From assembly GCA_002269645.1 (NCBI GenBank), contig NIVC01000438.1:124001-188000 (forward strand): a stretch of 64,000 bases of DNA. The letters run 5' to 3'. Below are positions 50,620 through 63,084 of the stretch, piece by piece (the stretch's first letter is position 1; each line of letters begins with the position of its first letter). Origin of the DNA: Macrostomum lignano (taxonomy: Eukaryota). The position numbers and the translations under genes are program-made. Below the pieces are notes generated by a model. It was not told the DNA's origin, did no database searches, and saw only the letters and a list, made by a program, of their open reading frames with translations.

Positions 50620-52855
50620 CTAGATTAGCAATCCATTATATTTCAATTGATTTGTGATTGGCTGGATTAGCAATCCATTCTTATTCCAATTGATTGGTAA
50701 TTGGCTAGATTAGCAATCCACTCTATTCCAATTGATATGTGATTGGCTAGATTAGCAATCCATTCTATTCCAATTGATCTGTGATATGGCTAGATTAGCA
50801 ATCCATTCTTTTTCAATTGATTTGTGATTGGCTAGATTAGCAATCCATTCTATTCCAATTGATCTGTGATTGGCTAGATTAGCAATCCATTCTATTCCAA
50901 CTGATTTGTGATTGGCTAGATTAGCAATCCATTCTTTTTCAATTGATTTGTGATTGGCTAGATTAGCAATCCATTCTATTCCAATTGATTTGATTGGCTA
51001 GATTAGCAATCCATTCTGTTCCAATTGATCTGTGATTGGCTAGATTAGCAATCCATTTTATTCCAATTTATGTGTGATTGGCTAGATTAGCAATCCATTC
51101 TATTCCAATTGATCTGTGATTGGCTAGATTAGCAATCCATTCTATTCCAATTGATGTGTGATTGGCTAGATTAGCAATCCATTCTATTCCAATTGATGTG
51201 TGATTGGCTAGATTAGCAATCCATTCTATTCCAATTGGTGTGTGATTTGCTAGATTAGCAATCCATTCTATTCTAATTGATCTGTGATTTACTAGATTAG
51301 CAATCCATTCTATTCCAATTGATGTGTGATTGGCTAGATTAGTAATCCATTCTATTCCAATTGATGTGTGATTGGCTAGATTAGCAATCCATTCTATTCC
51401 AACTGATTTGTGATTGGCTAGATTAGCAATCCATTCTTTTTCAATTGATTTGTGATTGGCTAGATTAGCAATCCATTCTATTCCAATTGATTTGATTGGC
51501 TAGATTAGCAATCCATTCTGTTCCAATTGATCTGTGATTGGCTAGATTAGCAATCCATTTTATTCCAATTTATGTGTGATTGGCTAGATTAGCAATCCAT
51601 TCTATTCCAATTGATCTGTGATTGGCTAGATTAGCAATCCATTTTATTCCAATTTATGTGTGATTGGCTAGATTAGCAATCCATTCTATTCCAATTGATC
51701 TGTGATTGGCTAGATTAGCAATCCATTCTATTCCAATTGATGTGTGATTGGCTAGATTAGCAATCCATTCTATTCCAATTGGTGTGTGATTTGCTAGATT
51801 AGCAATCCATTCTATTCTAATTGATCTGTGATTTACTAGATTAGCAATCCATTCTATTCCAATTGATGTGTGATTGGCTAGATTAGTAATCCATTCTATT
51901 CCAATTGATGTGTGATTGGCTAGATTAGCAATCCATTCTATTCCAATTGATCTGTGATTGGCTAGATTAGCAATCCATTCTATTCCAATTGATCTGTGAT
52001 TGGCTAGATTAGCAATCCATTCTATTCTAATTGATCTGTGATTTGCTAGATTAGCAATCCATTCTATTCTAATTGATCTGTGATTTGCTAGATTAGCAAT
52101 CCATTCTATTCTAATTGATCTGTGATTTACTAGATTAGCAATCCATTCTATTCCAATTGATGTGTGATTGGCTAGATTAGTAATCCATTCTATTCCAATT
52201 GATGTGTGATTGGCTAGATTAGCAATCCATTCTATTCCAACTGATTTGTGATTGGCTAGATTAGCAATCCATTCTTTTTCAATTGATTTGTGATTGGCTA
52301 GATTAGCAATCCATTCTATTCCAATTGATTTGATTGGCTAGATTAGCAATCCATTCTGTTCCAATTGATCTGTGATTGGCTAGATTAGCAATCCATTTTA
52401 TTCCAATTTATGTGTGATTGGCTAGATTAGCAATCCATTCTATTCCAATTGATCTGTGATTGGCTAGATTAGCAATCCATTTTATTCCAATTTATGTGTG
52501 ATTGGCTAGATTAGCAATCCATTCTATTCCAATTGATCTGTGATTGGCTAGATTAGCAATCCATTCTATTCCAATTGATGTGTGATTGGCTAGATTAGTA
52601 ATCCATTCTATTCCAATTGATGTGTGATTGGCTAGATTAGCAATCCATTCTATTCCAATTGATCTGTGATTGGCTAGATTAGCAATCCATTCTATTCCAA
52701 TTGATCTGTGATTGGCTAGATTAGCAATCCATTCTATTCTAATTGATCTGTGATTTGCTAGATTAGCAATCCATTCTATTCTAATTGATCTGTGATTTGC
52801 TAGATTAGCAATCCATTCTATTCTAATTGATCTGTGATTTACTAGATTAGCAACC
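50620..52855. repeat. 42-bp satellite (TGATTGGCTAGATTAGCAATCCATTCTATTCCAATTGATCTG)n, about 50 copies
   Basis: Directly visible. Confidence 0.97.
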
Positions 52856-53431
52856 ATTACACTGCGCTCGGCCATAGCCAATCAAGTGCACAGCTTTCAA
52901 GTGCACAATTTTGATTAAGTCTGTCAAAAATGGATGCACAAATGCAAGTTTTTTCCATAGACAGCGAAGCAAAGGCACTGTTTTGTACCCCGGTGTCAAA
53001 ATTGAATGCAAATTGTTAATAAAGATTGGTGTTTGTCATTTTTGGTTGAAAATCGTCATTATTGCATTTGAGTTTGTCAAAATAGGTTGAACATTTCAAC
53101 AAGCGATACCACAGACTCAAAATTGAATGCAAAGATGTCAATATTGAGTGCAGATTTTTCAAAATCGCAAGTAAAAAAGTGTAGTTCATGCTGTTAGTAG
53201 ATAATTGGCTCCCCTCAGCGATATCCATGCAGGCTTATCTTTCAGAATAAAAAATTCATGAGGGAATTAGCCTTGGCCACAGATATTTCAACAGTGAGCA
53301 ATCATTTCCTTCATCTACGCGTAAGAGTACATGCGCTCGATACTCTGTGTTACTAAACATTTATTTCGATCCAGACTATAGGCTACATGTAAATCTTGAG
53401 CTTTTAAATTGCTACAACATTGCGCGTTATC

Positions 53432-54660
53432 ATGCCAGACCAGCAGCCACAGGTCAACTACATCAGCAGCAGCTCCAGCAGGCGTCGCTCCCGCTCCTAC
53501 CGAGTGCTGCTCAGCCAGTCCCGACCTCGCGTCGATGAGGCCGAAAAATGTCAAGCCGCAGTCGACCTGATGGTCGGTCGGGTGCGCGGCATTCTGGACG
53601 ACATGAACCGGGCGGAGAAGCAGCGGGAACGGGCCGCCAGGGAGGCTGCCATCGAGGAGCGGACGGCGTTTCTGTTGAACAACTACGGCAGGCTGAAACG
53701 CATTGCGGAGTGCAACAGTCGCAGGCGCCTGTTTGAGGAGGTGGAGCAGCAGAGGAGGCTGAAGGCTGAAGGCGGAGGGTGTCCCGTAAGTGCCGATGAG
53801 GACTCCGCTTGAATAACCCTCCAACTCTCACGATCTGCTCCTCACCCAGTCTACTTCTCAATCTCATCCAGTCTACTTCCTCAATCTCATCCAGTCTACT
53901 TCTCAATCTCACCCAGTCTACGAGTACTTCTCAATCTCACCCAGTCTACTCAATCTCACCCAGTCTATTCAATCTCACCCAGTCTACTTCTCAATCTCAC
54001 CCAGTCTACTTCTCAATCTCACCCAGTCTACTTCTCAATCTCACCCAGTCTACTTCTCAATCTCATCCAGTCTACTTCTCAATCTCATCCAGTCTACTTC
54101 CTCAATCTCATCCAGTCTACTTCTCAATCTCACCCAGTCTACGAGTACTTCTCAATCTCACCCAGTCTACTCAATCTCACCCAGTCTATTCAATCTCACC
54201 CAGTCTACTTTTCAATCTTACCCAGTCTACTTCTCAATCTCACCCAGTCTACTTCTCAATCTCACCCAGTCTACTTCTCAATCTCACCCAGTCTACTTCT
54301 CAATCTCACCCAGTCTACTACTCAATCTCACCCAGTCTACTTCTCAATCTTACCCAGTCTACTTCTTAATCTCACTCAAACCCATTCCAGACTCCATCGC
54401 CAACTCCGTCGCAGCGTTCGACGCCACCGCCGCCCCCGCCGACACCTCCACCGGCGTCGCCGTCGCCTCAGTCGGCGTTCGAAGCCCGACGTCGCGCCGT
54501 CCGACGCCGCCTAAAAGCGTCGAGAGAGGCGCGCGCTGCGGCGGCTGCAGAGGCGGCCCGACTGGCGTCTACGGGGGACGACGGGCGGGCAGAAGCGGTG
54601 ATGGAGAAACTGCTGTACGAGGACTGCAGCGGCAGAGTGAGAGTCGGCGGCTTTTATTGA
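53432..54660 (+). CDS. Uncharacterised ~207-aa protein (charged helical region plus Pro-rich linker); exons 53432-53785 and 54391-54660
   Basis: The donor CCC|GTAAGT and acceptor TTCCAG|ACT are both phase 0. Exons are GC-rich and end GGFY*. No family was recognised. Confidence 0.6.
53840..54370. repeat. Intronic ~22-bp minisatellite (CTCAATCTCACCCAGTCTACTT)n
   Basis: Fills the intron of the 53432-54660 gene. Confidence 0.95.
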
Positions 54661-54704
54661 CGGTGAAGTGAGGGTCTTTGTTCAGTCTGAATTACTGGGG
54701 AATG

Positions 54705-55095
54705 ACAGTAGTCTTTGTTCCCTGCGCATCAATGAGAAATGGCTGCAGTCTTTGTTCACACTGCATTAATGGGCAATGGCAGTAGTCTTTGTTCCCTGCG
54801 CATCAATGAGAAATGGCTGTAGTCTTTGTTCACACTGCATTAATGATGGGGAATGACATTAGTCTTTGTTCCCTGCGCATCAATGAGAAATGGCTGTAGT
54901 CTTTGTTCACACTGCATTAATGGGCAATGGCAGTAGTCTTTGTTCACACTGCATTAATGGGCAATGGCAGTAGTCTTTGTTCCCTGCGCATCAATGAGAA
55001 ATGGCAGTAGTCTTTGTTCACACTGCATTAATGGGCAATGGCAGTAGTCTTTGTTCACACTGCATTAATGGGCAATGGCAGTAGTCTTTGTTCAC
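54705..55095. repeat. ~36-37-bp tandem repeat with two alternating variants (AGTCTTTGTTC...)
   Basis: Directly visible. Confidence 0.92.
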
Positions 55096-55599
55096 TCTAG
55101 GTATTGGAAGTAGTTAGTTAAGACCATTTCATGTGCGATAAGCGTACCTATGTGCTATGTGATAAGTGTATTAGTTGGTCCTGCCGCTTAACCACATTTT
55201 TTGTTATTTTCTTTTCACTTTCTTATATAATACTTTTAGCAGCATACGGGGCCCATATAAATTTGTACCTGAAACTTATTCCCTACAGTTTTTTAATTTT
55301 GAAAGTTTTCTGTACCGGAACGTGAAAGCAAATATAAATATTATTGGTTTATTTATTTACTAAGCAATTGTCTGTTCAGGGACCAGAGATTCTTGCGTTG
55401 ATGAAGTTGTTTTTTAGTTGCTATAAAAATACATCGCTCAGTCAGTTAGTTTAAGTTAATAACCGGTGTCTAGTACTATAAGTAGGGAGGGACTAGGGAT
55501 TAAAACTACAGTGATTAAATAATTAAATGCTGCTTTTCTACTCATCATATTATGCTGCTTTTGCAAACTGCCTTCAAATTTATTATTCCGGAAAAGCAC

Positions 55600-55694
55600 A
55601 AGACAGACAGGCAGACAGACAGACAGAAAGCCAGACAGACAGACAGAGGCACTAAAACAGACAGACAGACAGACAGACAGACAGAGGCACTAAA

Positions 55695-55751
<57 letters not shown>

Positions 55752-55757
55752 GGCACT

Positions 55758-55817
<60 letters not shown>

Positions 55818-55887
55818 GGCACTCAAACAGACAGACAGAGGCACTCAAACAGACAGACAGACAGACAGACGGACAGACAGAGGCACT

Positions 55888-55918
<31 letters not shown>

Positions 55919-55948
55919 ACGGACAGACAGACAGCCAGAGGCACTAAA

Positions 55949-55990
<42 letters not shown>

Positions 55991-56063
55991 GGACAGACAG
56001 AGGCACTCAAACAGACAGACAGACAGAGGCACTAAAACAGACAGACAGACAGACAGAGGCACT

Positions 56064-56103
<40 letters not shown>

Positions 56104-56135
56104 GGCACTCAAACAGACAGACAGACAGAGGCACT

Positions 56136-56171
<36 letters not shown>

Positions 56172-56177
56172 GGCACT

Positions 56178-56221
<44 letters not shown>

Positions 56222-56227
56222 GGCACT

Positions 56228-56275
<48 letters not shown>

Positions 56276-56315
56276 GGCACTAAAACAGACAGACAGACAG
56301 ACAGACAGAGGCACT

Positions 56316-56363
<48 letters not shown>

Positions 56364-56372
56364 GGCACTAAA

Positions 56373-56413
<41 letters not shown>

Positions 56414-56461
56414 GGCACTCAAACAGACAGACAGACAGACAGACGGACAGACAGAGGCACT

Positions 56462-56492
<31 letters not shown>

Positions 56493-56550
56493 ACGGACAG
56501 ACAGACAGCCAGAGGCACTAAAACAGACAGACAGACAGACAGACAGACAC
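55600..56550. repeat. (AGAC)n microsatellite punctuated by AGAGGCACT(C/A)AAAC
   Basis: Directly visible. Confidence 0.97.
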
Positions 56551-56984
56551 ACAAAATAAAATAAAAAGAAGTGAGAAAAGTGAGTAAATTTAAAATCTAA
56601 CTTGCACACAAATGCCAATGGCTGGGTGATTGATGCTGATATTTTGGCAATAAAAACAGTTTAAGTTCTGCGGCAGGAGAGATTACAATTCAATTGGAAT
56701 TTCTCCAACTCTGATATTTACTATACAACTTATAAGCACAACAAAACGAAAAAACACATGGGTTGACTTAACAACATTCTGCATACATGTAGCTACCAGA
56801 AAATTTTTCATTGATATAATATCCAATATGTGACACGTTATACCCAATGTAAAATCCTTAATTTGGATGTTTTATGTAATACATCCCCTTCTACTGTTTT
56901 TATCTTATATTTCATCCGTATAAAATCCCAAAATATGATATTTTATCCACTAAAATCACAAATTGGAATATTTCATCTACTAAT

Positions 56985-58300
56985 ATCCCAAATGGGATAT
57001 TTCAACCTCTAAAATAAAAAATGGGATATTCCATCCCCTAAAATCCCAAAGTGGGATATTTTAACCCGTAAAGCCCTAAAATGGGATATTTCAACCCCTA
57101 AAATCCAAAAATGGGATATTTCAACCCGTAAAACCCAGAAATGGGATAATTCAACCCCTAAAAGCTCAAAATGGGATAATTCAACCCCTATAATCACATA
57201 ATGGGATATTTCAACTCCTAAAATTCCAAAAGGGGATAATTCAACCCTAAAATCTCATAATGAGATATTTCAACCCCTAAAATCCTAAAATGGGATCATT
57301 CAACCCCTAAAATCCTAAAATGGGATAATTCAACCCCTAAAATCTCAAAATGGGATAATTCAACCCCTAAAATCCTAACATGGGATATTTCATCCCCTAA
57401 AATCCTAAAATGGGATCATTCAACCTTTAAAATCCTAAAATAGGATCATTCAACCCCTAAAATCCTAAAATGGGATAATTCAACCCCTAAAATCTCAAAA
57501 TGGGATATTTCATCCCCTAAAATCCTAAAATGGGATCATTCAAACCCTAAAATCCCTAAATGGGATCATTCAACCCCTAAAATCCTAAAATGGGATCATT
57601 CAACCCCTAAAATCCTAAAATGGGATCATTCAAACCCTAAAATCCCTAAATGGGATCATTCAACCCCTAAAATCCTAAAATGGGATCATTCAACCCCTAA
57701 AATCCTAAAATGGGATAATTGAACCCCTAAAATCTCAAAATGGGATAATTCAAGCCCTAAAATCCTAAAATGGGATAATTGAACCCCTAAAATCTCAAAA
57801 TGGGATAATTCAACCCCTAAAATCCTAAAATGGGATCATTCAACCCCTAAAATCCTAAAATGGGATCATTCAACCCCTAAAATCCTAAAATGGGATCATT
57901 CAACCCCTAAAATCCTAAAATGGGATCATTCAAACCCTAAAATCCTAAAATGGGATAATTGAACCCCTAAAATCTCAAAATGGGATAATTCAAGCCCTAA
58001 AATCCTAAAATGGGATAATTGAACCCCTAAAATCTCAAAATGGGATAATTCAAGCCCTAAAATCCTAAAATGGGATCATTCAACCCCTAAAATCCTAAAA
58101 TGGGATAATTCAACCCCTAAAATCTCAAAATGGGATATTTCATCCCCTAAAATCCTAAAATGGGATCATTCAAACCCTAAAATCCTAAAATGGGATATTC
58201 CATCCCCTAAAATCACAAAATAGGATATTTCAACCCCTAAAATCCTAAAATGGGATATTTCATCTCCTAAAACCCAAAATGGGATTTTTCATCCCTTAAA
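56985..58300. repeat. 30-bp minisatellite (AAATCCTAAAATGGGATCATTCAACCCCTA)n
   Basis: Directly visible. Confidence 0.96.
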
Positions 58301-58384
58301 ATCACAAAACTACTGTATTTTAACCTACTGTATAAAACGCCCAAATAGGATATTTAACTATGCAGTATGTACATGCAGTATCAG

Positions 58385-58799
58385 TCAACCAGTCTCAGCG
58401 GCGGCCCAGGCAGCCAGCCACCTGGAATACCTATCCGAGTCGCTAGTTGACCAATACCTCATGGTAGAATCGTCCCAGAACAGATACCGGCAGTTACTGG
58501 CGTCGTAAAACAGCCTGCTAGATGAGCTATAGTACAGGCCTGTGACCGGGTCATAGTACAGTCCAGAGCTGGGCTCGTACTGCAGTCTGGACATCTCTGG
58601 TGGCGCTGTTGAAGCTGGCAGAGACAGCTCACTGTGCTCAAGAGCAACCCGAGTCTGCTGCCTGTTACCCGAGCTTTCTATAAGCCAGGCAGCTGTGGGC
58701 AGATCCGAAAAATCTGAGCAGCGATAGAGACGAAGCACAGACAGGGTTGAGCTGTCCGCTGCCGCCGAGAGCAGCACTGCTCCGCCAAGATGGCGGCAT
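58385..58799 (-). CDS. Exon encoding an OCRE domain (RBM5/RBM10/AGGF1-type aromatic repeats); gene structure unresolved
   Basis: MSRLQYEPSSGLYYDPVTGLYYSSSSRLFYDASNCRYLFWDDSTMRYW. There is a strong acceptor TTTTTTCAG at 58800, and the in-frame ATG is at 58594. Confidence 0.6.
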
Positions 58800-58921
58800 C
58801 TGAAAAAAATTGATATTGAAAATTCGTTTGTTTTAGCAAATTACTATATTTAAATCGAAATGTCCTAATGATAGTACCAAAACTCCTCAATAAGTAGAAA
58901 GTAATAAATATGGCTAGAACT

Positions 58922-61870
58922 TTATATGAATACAGATAGAAAATGACGCAATATAACTAAAATATTCACTAACACTTCGCGAATGTCTTCCTCCATCACA
59001 GGCGGATTCAGGTGCTGTCGCACCAAGTGCTTCGTCGACGAAGAAATCGTGGAGGACGCTTCTTTCTCGTCCTCCTGATCGACAGTCGCTTGAGCCAGAC
59101 ACTGAGCCGATTCTGGCGACCAGACCCGACGCAGGCCGTTAGTAAAACCGGCTCTCCTAGCTAATCTACTGTCAGATGAAGCGACTACAACACCTGCAGA
59201 ACCGTTGGTGTTATCCAAAATTTTGTACACGGCACTGGCTAAACTACTTGCAGCTTTTGTTGGCTTCGTTGAGACGATTCCGCAGCCGAACAGGCAGACG
59301 ACAAGTTGGGCGCGAATCGTTTTGGAGGCTCCTGCCAGAGATGGCAAACTGGTTAGCAGAACTGCAGCTGGCAGGCTGACGTGATGCGCTACTATGAGTA
59401 GCAAGTTGGAATTCACTTCGGATTGTGAATGGCTAAAAAATATTTTTTTTTCAAATATTTGTTTAAAATATCCCATCAGGATAATCCCAGCTCTAAAATA
59501 TCCCATCAGGATAATCCCAGCTCTAAAATATCCCATCAGGATAATCCCAGCTCTAAAATATCCCATCAGGATAATCCCAGCTCTAAAATATCCCATCAGG
59601 ATAATCCCAGCTCTAAAATATCCCATCAGGATAATTCCAGCTCTAAAATATCCCATCAGGATAATCCCAGCTCTAAAATATCCCATCAGGATAATCCCAG
59701 CTCTAAAATATCCCATCAGGATAATCCCAGCTCTAAAATATCCCATCAGGATAATCCCAGCTCTAAAATATCCCATCAGGATAATCATAGCTCTAAAATA
59801 TCCCATCAGGATAATCATAGCTCTAAAATATCCCATCAGGATAATCATAGCTCTAAAATATCCCATCAGGATAATTCCAGCTCTAAAATATCCCATCAGG
59901 ATAATCCCAGCTCTAAAATATCCCATCAGGATAATCCCAGCTCTAAAATATCCCATCAGGATAATCCCAGCTCTAAAATATCCCATCAGGATAGTCCCAG
60001 CTCTAAAATATCCCATCAGGATAATCCCAGCTCTAAAATATCCCATCAGGATAATTCCAGCTCTAAAATATCCCATCAGGATAATCCCAGCTCTAAAATA
60101 TCCCATCAGGATAATCCCAGCTCTAAAATATCCCATCAGGATAATCCCAGCTCTAAAATATCCCATCAGGATAGTCCCAGCTCTAAAATATCCCACCAGG
60201 ACAATCCCAGCTCTAAAATATCCCATCATGAGAATTCAGGCTAGAATAAGAACAAAAGAATGAACTGTAAACTGACTGCTCACTCATTATCAACAGATTC
60301 CTGTGCTATTTCTGACACAGCCGCTTCTTTTGCTTCCTGTTTCTTTTCTGCTTTTTCTCCCTGCCTGAGCAGCAAGTCTCGCAGCTGAACCGGCCTGACA
60401 CATTTGCAAGTCCCGGCAGTAGATTTGATCAGTTCAACTATCGATCCCAGGTCCCGTTCTGGTTGGAATTGGCTGCCGGCTTGTAAATCAGCAGATTTGA
60501 CATCTATGGGTGCAGTTGAGCCCAGCTTGGCCAGTTTGTCGTCCAGCTGATCAAGGAAGTCTCCAGCGCAGGCCTCGGTTTCTGCAAGATCGTCGGCAGC
60601 GTCCGAGGCTTCGGGCAGGCGCTGCAGTTCAGACAGGCGGGCGTCGAGCTCGGCACGTCCGAATAGGGGAGCCGCTGTTGCTGGGGTGTTGCTGAGAAAG
60701 GAGAGGAGAGGAGATGCGACTATGATTAAAATAGAAATGCAAAAAAGCAAACTTTAAAAAAGAAACAATATCGGCTCAACAAGTTAGACGATTCTCATCC
60801 CAAATCAGAGGATTCTGATCCCAAATCAGAGGATTCTGATCCCAAATCAGACGATTCTGATCCCAAATCAGAGGATTCTGATCCCAAATCAGAGGATTCT
60901 GATCCCAAATCAGAGGATTCAGATCCCAAATCAGAGGATTCTGATCCCAAATCAGAGGATTCTGATCCCAAATCAGAGGATTCTGATCCCAAATCAGAGG
61001 ATTCTGATCCTAAATCATGAGATTCTGATCCTAAAGAGGATTTTGATCCCAAATCAGAGGATTCTGATCCCAAATCAGAGGATTCTGATCCCAAATCAGA
61101 GGATTCTGATCCTAAATCATGAGATTCTGATCCTAAAGAGGATTTTGATCCCAAATCATGAGGTTATGATCCCAAATCATGGGGTTATGATCCCAAATAA
61201 TAGGATTATGATCCCAAAAAGGATTCTGATCCCAAATCATGGGATTATGATCCCAAAAAGGATTCTGATCCCAAATCATGGGATTATGATCCCAAAAAGG
61301 ATTCTGATCCCAAATCAGAGGATTATGATTCCAAATTGTGAGATTATGAATGGATCCTATATCATAGGATTATGATCCCAAATCGGGGGATTCTAATATC
61401 AAATAAGATGATTTTTATCCCAAATTTGATTCTGATCCCTAATTTATGGATGCTGATCCTCAAATTGCCAACTCCCAAAATACTGGTTAGAAATAAAATA
61501 CGCCCCAAAAAACAGCGGGAACTGTGTCTCACCCAGTAGAGCAGGCCAACATGGAGGCCACTACACGCAGTTGACTCAGCAGCTCAGCATAGGCCTCGCG
61601 CCATCGCTTGAACGCATCCGAAACCACCTGACCGATGAGCTGCAGGTCGGCGTTGGCGACATCCGTCACGCCGCAGCTGCGATCGACGCGCAGGCGGGCA
61701 CCCTGTAGGACGTTCTGCACGTCGCGGCTGCAGCGGCGGACGGCCAACAGCAGCTGCTGGTCGCACGGCTGCAGGGACAGCTCCGGCTGCCAACTGCCAC
61801 CGCGGCGGGGGCGCTTCAGTGGCGGCTGCGGCAGGCGTGGGATGGGTGACGCTGATGAGCTGCTGGCTTG
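58922..61870 (-). CDS. Uncharacterised multi-exon protein; exons about 61870-61533, 60691-60284, 59375-58922; start not located
   Basis: Phase-2 junctions GG|GTGAGA..CTCAG|C and GA|GTGAGC..GTCAG|C keep one open frame across GC-rich blocks separated by minisatellite introns. Confidence 0.55.
59462..60232. repeat. Intronic 30-bp minisatellite (AAAATATCCCATCAGGATAATCCCAGCTCT)n, highly homogeneous
   Basis: Directly visible. Confidence 0.97.
60795..61390. repeat. Intronic 21-bp minisatellite (GATTCTGATCCCAAATCAGAG)n
   Basis: Directly visible. Each unit has the internal inverted repeat TCTGAT..ATCAGA. Confidence 0.95.
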
Positions 61871-61923
61871 CTGTCTGTCTGTCTGCCTGTCTGTCTGTCT
61901 GTCTGTCTGTCTGTCTGCCTGCC

Positions 61924-61988
<65 letters not shown>

Positions 61989-62047
61989 GCCTGTCTGCCT
62001 GCCTGTCTGTCTGTCTGTCTGTCTGTCTGTCTGCCTGTCTGTCTATG

Positions 62048-62088
<41 letters not shown>

Positions 62089-62104
62089 GCCTGCCTGCCT
62101 GCCT

Positions 62105-62135
<31 letters not shown>

Positions 62136-62209
62136 CGTCTGTCTGTCTGCCTGCCAGCCTGTCTGTCTGTCTGTCTGCCTGCCAGCCTGTCTGTCTGTCT
62201 GTCTGCCAG

Positions 62210-62252
<43 letters not shown>

Positions 62253-62480
62253 GCCCGTCTGTCTGTCTGTCTGTCTGTCTGTCTGCCTCTCTGTCTGCCT
62301 CTCTGTCTGCCTATCAGCCTGTCAGCCTGCCTGTCTGTCAGCCTGTCTGTCTGTCTGCCTGTCTGTCAGCCTGCCAGCCTGTCTGTCTGTCTGTCTGCCT
62401 GCCTGCCAGCCTGCTTGCCTGTCAGCCTGTCTGTCTGTCTGTCTGCCTGTCCCTGTCTGTCTGTCTGTCTGTATGCCTGT
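61870..62480. repeat. (TGTC)n microsatellite
   Basis: Directly visible. Confidence 0.97.
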
Positions 62481-62817
62481 CTCAGACTTGTGATATTCAA
62501 TGCACCAAAAAGTCAGAACAACAGATGTTTGACACAATTTTTAATCGCTAGAATGGCTGATTGAAAAACAATAATATATTTTTATTAGCATGAACTTTGA
62601 ATGCATTTGAACAGTTTGATGTACACAATTATTAATAGACACACAGGAAGATCTAGCTGTGTCCTTTACCTCAAAAAGGTCTTATATATGCTCGTATACA
62701 TTAGTAAGAATGTAAAAATATTTAAAAGAACACACAAATGCTCAACAAGTCGCATGATACACAGTAGAAAAGGCCAACATAAAATTGAACAGGATTAGGA
62801 GCAATAATTATACATGA

Positions 62818-63016
62818 TCAGATGGTTTGCAGCACCAGCTCCAACTGCTGGCCATGCTCCAATCGGCCAACATCCGCATCGTTGCGCAGTCGAACATTCG
62901 GCAGTTTGCGAATTCGTTCAACAGAGACTGGGTCCTGGCCGAGCTCCTGGCAGAGCAGGTCCATTAATCCGTCGTATGATCGATTGGCTAGTTCCACTTC
63001 GATGAAGTCGGGGTCT
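62818..63016 (-). CDS. ANKRD40: Last exon of ankyrin repeat domain-containing protein 40 (C-terminal domain); upstream exons lie beyond the window
   Basis: DPDFIEVELANRSYDGLMDLLCQELGQDPVSVERIRKLPNVRLRNDADVGRLEHGQQLELVLQTI* closely matches the ANKRD40 C-terminus (DFIEIEL..CCELG..VEKIRKLPN..R.D.DV.RL...QELELVL). The acceptor is ATCCCAG at 63017. Confidence 0.85.
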
Positions 63017-63084
63017 CTGGGATATTGTTTGGGAAGGAGAGTATGAACTACAATGAACTACAATTGAGTATTCTTGGCTATACT

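Noticed and set aside
50620-52855. CRISPR-like array (palindromic repeat with regular period)
   Set aside because: The intervening sequence is conserved rather than unique spacers, there are no cas genes, and the context is eukaryotic.
56985-58300. Interstitial telomere
   Set aside because: Only one CCCTAA per 30-bp unit and no tandem telomeric hexamers.
58678-58990. Splicing of the orphan gene into the OCRE exon as one protein
   Set aside because: The OCRE frame needs a phase-2 donor. The plausible donors near the end of the upstream exon are phase 0 and lead to a stop after about 44 codons.
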